Assembly (NCBI GenBank): GCA_964429275.1 | Contig: CAYSBJ010000001.1 | Location: 451,776 to 515,775 of the forward strand | Length of the DNA stretch: 64,000 bases | Direction of reading: 5' to 3' | DNA from: an uncultured Pseudomonadota bacterium | GTDB taxonomy: Bacteria; Babelota; Babeliae; Babelales; JAUPTZ01 | In this document: one piece after another, positions 58,728-64,000 of the stretch | How positions within the stretch are numbered: the first letter of the stretch is position 1 | Layout: every line of letters begins with the position of its first letter | Notes under the pieces: model-generated | What the model was told of the DNA's origin: nothing | What the model saw: the letters and a program-made list of their open reading frames with translations, nothing else | The model's database searches: none | Made by a program: the position numbers and the translations under genes

Positions 58728-59135
58728 ATGCCGACAATTAATCAACTTGTTCGCGCCAGTCGCAAGAAAGTGACTGAGAAGCGTAAGTCTCCAGCATTAT
58801 CAGAATGCCCTCAGCGGCGTGGTGTATGTACTCGTGTATATACAACGACGCCAAAGAAACCAAACTCAGCGCTTCGTAAAGTAGCACGCGTAAAGTTGAC
58901 TACTGGTCGCGAAGTGACTGCGTATATCCCTGGTGAGGGCCATAATTTACAAGAGCACTCTGTAGTGCTTATTCGTGGTGGTCGGGTGCCCGATTTGCCA
59001 GGGGTAAAGTACCACATCGTTCGTGGTGCTCTTGATACTGCTGGTGTTGCAGGACGTAAACAAAGTCGTTCGTTGTATGGTGCTAAGAAGCCTAAGCCAG
59101 GCGCAGCTCCTGCTCCTCAGAAGAAAGGTAAATAA
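58728..59135 (+). CDS. rpsL: 30S ribosomal protein S12
   Basis: [30 protein letters not shown]. Confidence 0.99.
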   Translation: MPTINQLVRASRKKVTEKRKSPALSECPQRRGVCTRVYTTTPKKPNSALRKVARVKLTTGREVTAYIPGEGHNLQEHSVVLIRGGRVPDLPGVKYHIVRGALDTAGVAGRKQSRSLYGAKKPKPGAAPAPQKKGK

Positions 59136-59617
59136 TGCCACGTCGTAAGTCAGTTAATTTTGTCCGTGATATCGGTGTCGACGCGCGTTATGGTTCCCCA
59201 TTGATTCAAAAAATGATTAATGTGGTAATGGAGCGCGGTAAAAAGTCAATTGCTCGTAAGATTGTTTATGAGGCCTTTGATGTCCTGGAGAGCCGCTCTA
59301 AGGGCGATAAAGAAAAAGCATTTGCATTGTTTGAAAAAGCGGTCGTCAACATCCGTCCGGTTGTTGAAGTCCGTTCCCGCCGTGTTGGTGGTGGTGTGTA
59401 CCAAATTCCTGCCGAAGTTGCGCCAGCGCGTGCAAACGCCTTGATGCTTCGTTGGTTGATTCAATCTGCCGCTAAGCGCTCAGACAAAACTATGGGGCAG
59501 CGTCTTGCTAATGAATTGATGGACGCCGCTGCCGGTAACGGAGCCGCCGTCAAGAAAAAGATGGATGTGCACCGTATGGCTGAAGCGAACCGCGCGTTCT
59601 CTCACTACGCTTGGTAA
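59135..59617 (+). CDS. rpsG: 30S ribosomal protein S7
   Basis: [26 protein letters not shown]. Confidence 0.98.
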   Translation: MPRRKSVNFVRDIGVDARYGSPLIQKMINVVMERGKKSIARKIVYEAFDVLESRSKGDKEKAFALFEKAVVNIRPVVEVRSRRVGGGVYQIPAEVAPARANALMLRWLIQSAAKRSDKTMGQRLANELMDAAAGNGAAVKKKMDVHRMAEANRAFSHYAW

Positions 59618-59625
59618 GGAGCGCT

Positions 59626-61695
59626 ATGAGCAAGAAATTAGATTTTTATCGTAATATTGGTATCATGGCCCACATTGACGCGGGCAAGACTACTGTTACT
59701 GAGCGTATTCTTTATTACACCGGCGTGTCTCACAAGATTGGTGAGGTTCACGAAGGTGCAGCAACCATGGACTGGATGGAGCAAGAGCAAGAGCGTGGTA
59801 TTACTATTACCTCTGCTGCAACTACCTGTTTTTGGAAAGACCACCAAATTAACATTATTGATACTCCAGGACACGTTGACTTTACTATTGAAGTAGAGCG
59901 TTCGTTGCGTGTTCTTGACGGTGCAGTAGCGGTTTTTTGTGGTGTTGGCGGCGTTGAGCCTCAATCCGAGACGGTATGGCGTCAGGCTGACCGTCACCGT
60001 GTGCCTCGTATTGCTTTTGTGAATAAATTAGATCGTGTTGGCGCTGATTATTTTGAAGTAATTAGCGAGTTGCGTTCGAAGTTGGGTGCAAATCCGCTCG
60101 CAATGCAGATTCCTGTTGGGCAGTCTGAAGACTTTGTTTCATTGATCGACGTTTTGAGTAATCGAATGGCGACGTTCGAGGCAGAGTCAAACGGTTCTCG
60201 TATTGTGTGGGGCGATGTCCCTGCAGAATACGCAAAGCAGCGTGAAGATTTATACGAAAAAATTGTAGCGCAAGCCTCAGAATTTGATGAAGCACTTGCT
60301 GACAAATATTTGAACGGCGAAAAGGTTTCTATTGAAGAAGTTCGTCTCGCGTTGCGCCGTGGCGTTAATGCGCAAGATGTTACTCCTGTTTTCTGTGGTT
60401 CAGCGTTTAAGAATAAAGGTGTTCAACTCTTGCTTGATGCAGTTGTTGATTACTTGCCAAGCCCACTTGAGGTGGCGGCTGTGGTTGGTCATGAGGTTGA
60501 CGATGAAAGCATAGAGATTGTTCGTAAGCCTGATGACAGCGAGCCGTTCTCTGCGCTTGCGTTTAAGATTATGACTGACCCGTTTGTGGGTACTTTGACC
60601 TTTACCCGTATTTACTCCGGCGTATTAGAGTCTGGTTCTTATGTGTATAACCCGCGTAAGCGAGCTAAAGAGCGCGTAAGCCGTTTGGTTCGTATGCATG
60701 CAAACAAGCGTGAAGAAATTAAATCGGCTGGTGCCGGTGACATTGTTGCCGTTATTGGGCTGAAAGATGTGGTGACTGGTGATACGTTGTGTGACGAAAA
60801 ACGTCCGTTACTTCTTGAGTCAATTAAGGCTCCAGAGGCGGTATTGAGCGTTGCGGTTGAACCAAAAACCAAGGGTGAATACGAAAAGATGATTAATGCT
60901 TTGCGTCGGTTGATGCAAGAAGATCCATCATTTCGTTTCACTGTTAACGAAGAAACTGGACAAACCGTTATATCCGGCATGGGTGAATTACACCTTGAGA
61001 TCATTGTTGATCGCGTAAAGCGAGAATATAAGGTCGAGGCAATCGTGGGTAAAACTGAGGTCGCTTACCGTGAAACTATTCAAAAGGTTTCTTCTGTTGA
61101 AACTAAATTCATTCGTCAATCTGGCGGTAAAGGCCAGTATGGACACGTTCTTATGCGTTTTGAACCGCTTGAGCGTGGACAAGGGTTTGAGTTTGTCAAC
61201 GAAGTTGTTGGGGGGACTATTCCTCGTGAATATATCCCAGCAGTCGAAAAGGGTGTTCGTGAATCATTGGGCAACGGCGTTATTGCCGGCTATCCAACGG
61301 TTGATGTGAGAGCGATCGTTTATGACGGGTCATACCATGATGTGGACTCTTCAGAAATGGCGTTTAAGATCGCCGGATCCATGGCATTTCGCGAAGGTAT
61401 GCTGAAAGCATCACCGGTTCTACTGGAGCCAATCATGAAAGTGGAAGTGATTACCCCAGAAGAGAACGTCGGGGATGTTATGGGTGATTTAAACTCTCGT
61501 CGAGGTCGTATTCTTGGCATGTCGTCAAGAAAGGGTGCTGAGGTAGTTGATGCTGAAGTGCCACTCGGAGAAATGTTTGGATATACCACCGATTTGCGGT
61601 CGATGACCAAAGGTCGTGCGAGCTCCTCAATGCAGTTAGCGCTGTATCGAGAAGTTCCTCGTAACGTACAAGAAGAGATCGCATCAAAAAAATAA
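59626..61695 (+). CDS. fusA: Elongation factor G
   Basis: [30 protein letters not shown]; start MSKK at 59626 after AAGGAG. Confidence 0.99.
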   Translation: MSKKLDFYRNIGIMAHIDAGKTTVTERILYYTGVSHKIGEVHEGAATMDWMEQEQERGITITSAATTCFWKDHQINIIDTPGHVDFTIEVERSLRVLDGAVAVFCGVGGVEPQSETVWRQADRHRVPRIAFVNKLDRVGADYFEVISELRSKLGANPLAMQIPVGQSEDFVSLIDVLSNRMATFEAESNGSRIVWGDVPAEYAKQREDLYEKIVAQASEFDEALADKYLNGEKVSIEEVRLALRRGVNAQDVTPVFCGSAFKNKGVQLLLDAVVDYLPSPLEVAAVVGHEVDDESIEIVRKPDDSEPFSALAFKIMTDPFVGTLTFTRIYSGVLESGSYVYNPRKRAKERVSRLVRMHANKREEIKSAGAGDIVAVIGLKDVVTGDTLCDEKRPLLLESIKAPEAVLSVAVEPKTKGEYEKMINALRRLMQEDPSFRFTVNEETGQTVISGMGELHLEIIVDRVKREYKVEAIVGKTEVAYRETIQKVSSVETKFIRQSGGKGQYGHVLMRFEPLERGQGFEFVNEVVGGTIPREYIPAVEKGVRESLGNGVIAGYPTVDVRAIVYDGSYHDVDSSEMAFKIAGSMAFREGMLKASPVLLEPIMKVEVITPEENVGDVMGDLNSRRGRILGMSSRKGAEVVDAEVPLGEMFGYTTDLRSMTKGRASSSMQLALYREVPRNVQEEIASKK

Positions 61696-61727
61696 ATTTA
61701 GATTATCTTGAATAGAGAGGATATATA

Positions 61728-62918
61728 ATGGCTAAAGGCGTGTTTCAAAGAACAAAACCGCACGTTAACGTAGGTACTATCGGTCACGTTGACCATGGTA
61801 AGACAAGTTTGACTGCTGCGATTACTAAGGTTCTTGCAGAGCAAGGGTTGGCTGAAGTTCGTGCGTTCGATACAATCGACAAAGCTCCTGAAGAAAGAGA
61901 ACGTGGTATTACTATTGCGGCTTCTCACGTTGAATATGAAACGAAGAACCGTCACTATGCACACGTAGACTGTCCAGGTCACGCTGACTATGTAAAAAAC
62001 ATGTTGACTGGTGCTGCTCAAATGGACGGCGCTATCTTGGTAGTATCTGCTGCTGACGGACCAATGCCTCAAACTCGTGAACACATCTTGCTTGCTCGTC
62101 AAGTGGGTGTACCAACAATGGTTGTGTTCTTGAACAAAGTTGACATGGTTGATGATGCAGATTTGATCGACTTGGTTGAGGAAGAAATTCGCGATCTTCT
62201 GGATCAATATGGTTTTGATGGTAAAGCTATCCAATTCGTTCGTGGTTCAGCATTGGCTGCACTTAAGGGCGAAAACGAAGAAATTGGTAAGAAAGCAATT
62301 TTGGAATTGATGGATAAAGTTGATAACTACATCCCAACACCAGAACGCGACACTGAAAAACCATTCTTGATGCCAATTGAAGACGTATTCTCGATCTCTG
62401 GTCGTGGTACTGTAGTAACTGGCCGTGTTGAGTGTGGTATTTTGAAGGTTGGCTCAGAAGTTGAAATCGTTGGTTTCAGAGATACAACAAAAACTACCGT
62501 TACCGGTATCGAAATGTTTAACAAAGAAATGACTGAATCGTTGCCTGGTGACAACGTAGGTGTTCTTCTTCGTGGCACTAAAAAAGACGACGTTGAGCGT
62601 GGTCAAGTGCTTGCAAAACCAGGTACCGTTAAACCATACAAGAAATTTAAAGGCCAATTGATGGTATTGACTGAAAAAGAAGGTGGCCGTCACAGCCCAT
62701 TCTTTAACGGATACCGCCCTCAATTTTATTTCCGAACAACAGACGTAACTGGTTCTATTACATTGCCAGCAGGTCGTGAAATGGTTATGCCAGGTGACAA
62801 CGTTGAAGTTACCGTTGAATTGATTACGCCAGTTGCTATGTATAAGCAACTTCGCTTTGCAATTCGTGAAGGTGGCCGTACTGTTGGTGCTGGTGTAGTA
62901 AGCGAAATTATTGAGTAA
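61728..62918 (+). CDS. tuf: Elongation factor Tu
   Basis: [30 protein letters not shown]. Confidence 0.99.
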   Translation: MAKGVFQRTKPHVNVGTIGHVDHGKTSLTAAITKVLAEQGLAEVRAFDTIDKAPEERERGITIAASHVEYETKNRHYAHVDCPGHADYVKNMLTGAAQMDGAILVVSAADGPMPQTREHILLARQVGVPTMVVFLNKVDMVDDADLIDLVEEEIRDLLDQYGFDGKAIQFVRGSALAALKGENEEIGKKAILELMDKVDNYIPTPERDTEKPFLMPIEDVFSISGRGTVVTGRVECGILKVGSEVEIVGFRDTTKTTVTGIEMFNKEMTESLPGDNVGVLLRGTKKDDVERGQVLAKPGTVKPYKKFKGQLMVLTEKEGGRHSPFFNGYRPQFYFRTTDVTGSITLPAGREMVMPGDNVEVTVELITPVAMYKQLRFAIREGGRTVGAGVVSEIIE

Positions 62919-62947
62919 TTTAATCAATCGAGGCCGAAAGAATACTG

Positions 62948-63253
62948 ATGAAAAAACAAAAAATTCGTTTGACTCTTAAGTCATACGATCATCAATTACT
63001 TGATTCTGCGGTTCGGCAAATTGTGCTTACGGTAAAGAGAACAGGATCTACAGTTGTAGGTCCTGTTCCTCTCCCAACACATATGCGATACTTCACAGTA
63101 TTGCGCTCGCCGCACGTAGATAAAAAGTCACGAGAACAGTTTCAGCTTGCGACTCATAAGCGTATTTTAGATATCGTTTCTCCTGCGGAGCAAACTATGG
63201 ATGCGCTTATGAAGTTGAACATATCGGCTGGCGTTGATGTTGAAATTAGATAG
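62948..63253 (+). CDS. rpsJ: 30S ribosomal protein S10
   Basis: [31 protein letters not shown]. Confidence 0.98.
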   Translation: MKKQKIRLTLKSYDHQLLDSAVRQIVLTVKRTGSTVVGPVPLPTHMRYFTVLRSPHVDKKSREQFQLATHKRILDIVSPAEQTMDALMKLNISAGVDVEIR

Positions 63254-63271
63254 AGAAGTTAGGTACGTGAT

Positions 63272-63901
63272 ATGAAAACGTTGAGCCATGTTCCTGGAAT
63301 TAAGGTTGGTATGACGCAGGTGTTTGACGACGCCCGCAACGTGATACCAGTTACCGTTATTGAGTGCGGACAGTGGATTATTACTCAAATTAAAACAGTC
63401 GCAAACGACGGTTATGATGCATTGCAGATTGGTAAATTGCGTAAGCGTTACCAAAAAGACGCATTTAACACTGAAATGTTGCAAAAAAAGTCGGATTACT
63501 TTCTTCACATTCGTGAAGTGCGTTGTGAATCGACCCAAGGATATGAACTTGGCGCAATGATATCGCTTGATAATGTTGTGTTTGAAGAAAAAACAATGGT
63601 GAGTGTTACTGGTGTAAGTACTGGTCGTGGCTATCAAGGGGTGGTAAAACGCCTTGGCTATACTGGTGGTCCAGCAACTCACGGTTCTATGTTTGGCCGT
63701 CGTCCTGGTGCGATTGGTAGCATGAGAACGCAAGGTGAAGTTATTAAGGGTAAGGGATTGCCTGGTCACCATGGCGACAATACAGTTACTGTGAGCGGTT
63801 TGCGCGTAGTAAAGATTGATCGTGAAAATGGCGTGATCTTGGTAAAAGGCGCAGTTCCTGGTCGTAAAAACTCGTTGTTGTATTTAAGCAAGCAAGGATA
63901 A
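63272..63901 (+). CDS. rplC: 50S ribosomal protein L3
   Basis: KVGMTQVF, PVTVI, GPATHGS, VKGAVPG. Confidence 0.98.
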   Translation: MKTLSHVPGIKVGMTQVFDDARNVIPVTVIECGQWIITQIKTVANDGYDALQIGKLRKRYQKDAFNTEMLQKKSDYFLHIREVRCESTQGYELGAMISLDNVVFEEKTMVSVTGVSTGRGYQGVVKRLGYTGGPATHGSMFGRRPGAIGSMRTQGEVIKGKGLPGHHGDNTVTVSGLRVVKIDRENGVILVKGAVPGRKNSLLYLSKQG

Positions 63902-63906
63902 ATTAG

Positions 63907-64000
63907 ATGAAAAATATTGCTGTATACAAGAGCACCGGAGAAAAGACAGGGACTGTAGAAATTTCCTGCTCTGAGCCAATTCAGTATGCAACAGGTGCGT
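63907..64000 (+). CDS. rplD: 50S ribosomal protein L4, 5' fragment
   Basis: ATG 5 nt after rplC, MKNIAVYKSTGEKTGTVEIS..., open to the window end; assignment rests mainly on synteny. Confidence 0.75.
   Translation, partial: MKNIAVYKSTGEKTGTVEISCSEPIQYATGA

Noticed and set aside
61698..63772. Minus-strand ORFs opposite tuf, rpsJ and rplC
   Set aside because: Antisense shadows of conserved genes

Overview
Bacterial chromosome segment (standard code 11; the + strand is G/T-rich and carries most housekeeping genes). Housekeeping content: tRNA-Phe, ffh-rpsP-khpA-trmD (trmD fused to a second SPOUT domain, no rimM), rplS, tRNA-Ala, ftsH, rpmB-rpsT, yidC-recR, pepP-pyrG-rplM (no rpsI), rseP, AlaX, and rpsL-rpsG-fusA-tuf-rpsJ-rplC-rplD(partial). 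The many signal-peptide orphan proteins, the ankyrin protein and the broken ribosomal operons suggest a host-associated lineage such as Ca. Dependentiae/TM6. That is inference, not a search result. The main accessory feature is a 24-kb minus-strand cluster of three related exported proteins (~1100, 5290 and 1564 aa). They are built from about 16 copies of one beta-rich module, and the giant also carries about 16 long helical repeats, some with an exact 729-bp period. Other notable items: a four-gene paralog array between trmD and rplS, two Hsp20 proteins and a nitroreductase with signal peptides, an A8 frameshift in a signal-peptide coding region, a shared trailer after both tRNAs, and a palindromic repeat family with a nested ~55-bp element. 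No CRISPR, integrase or transposase was seen.
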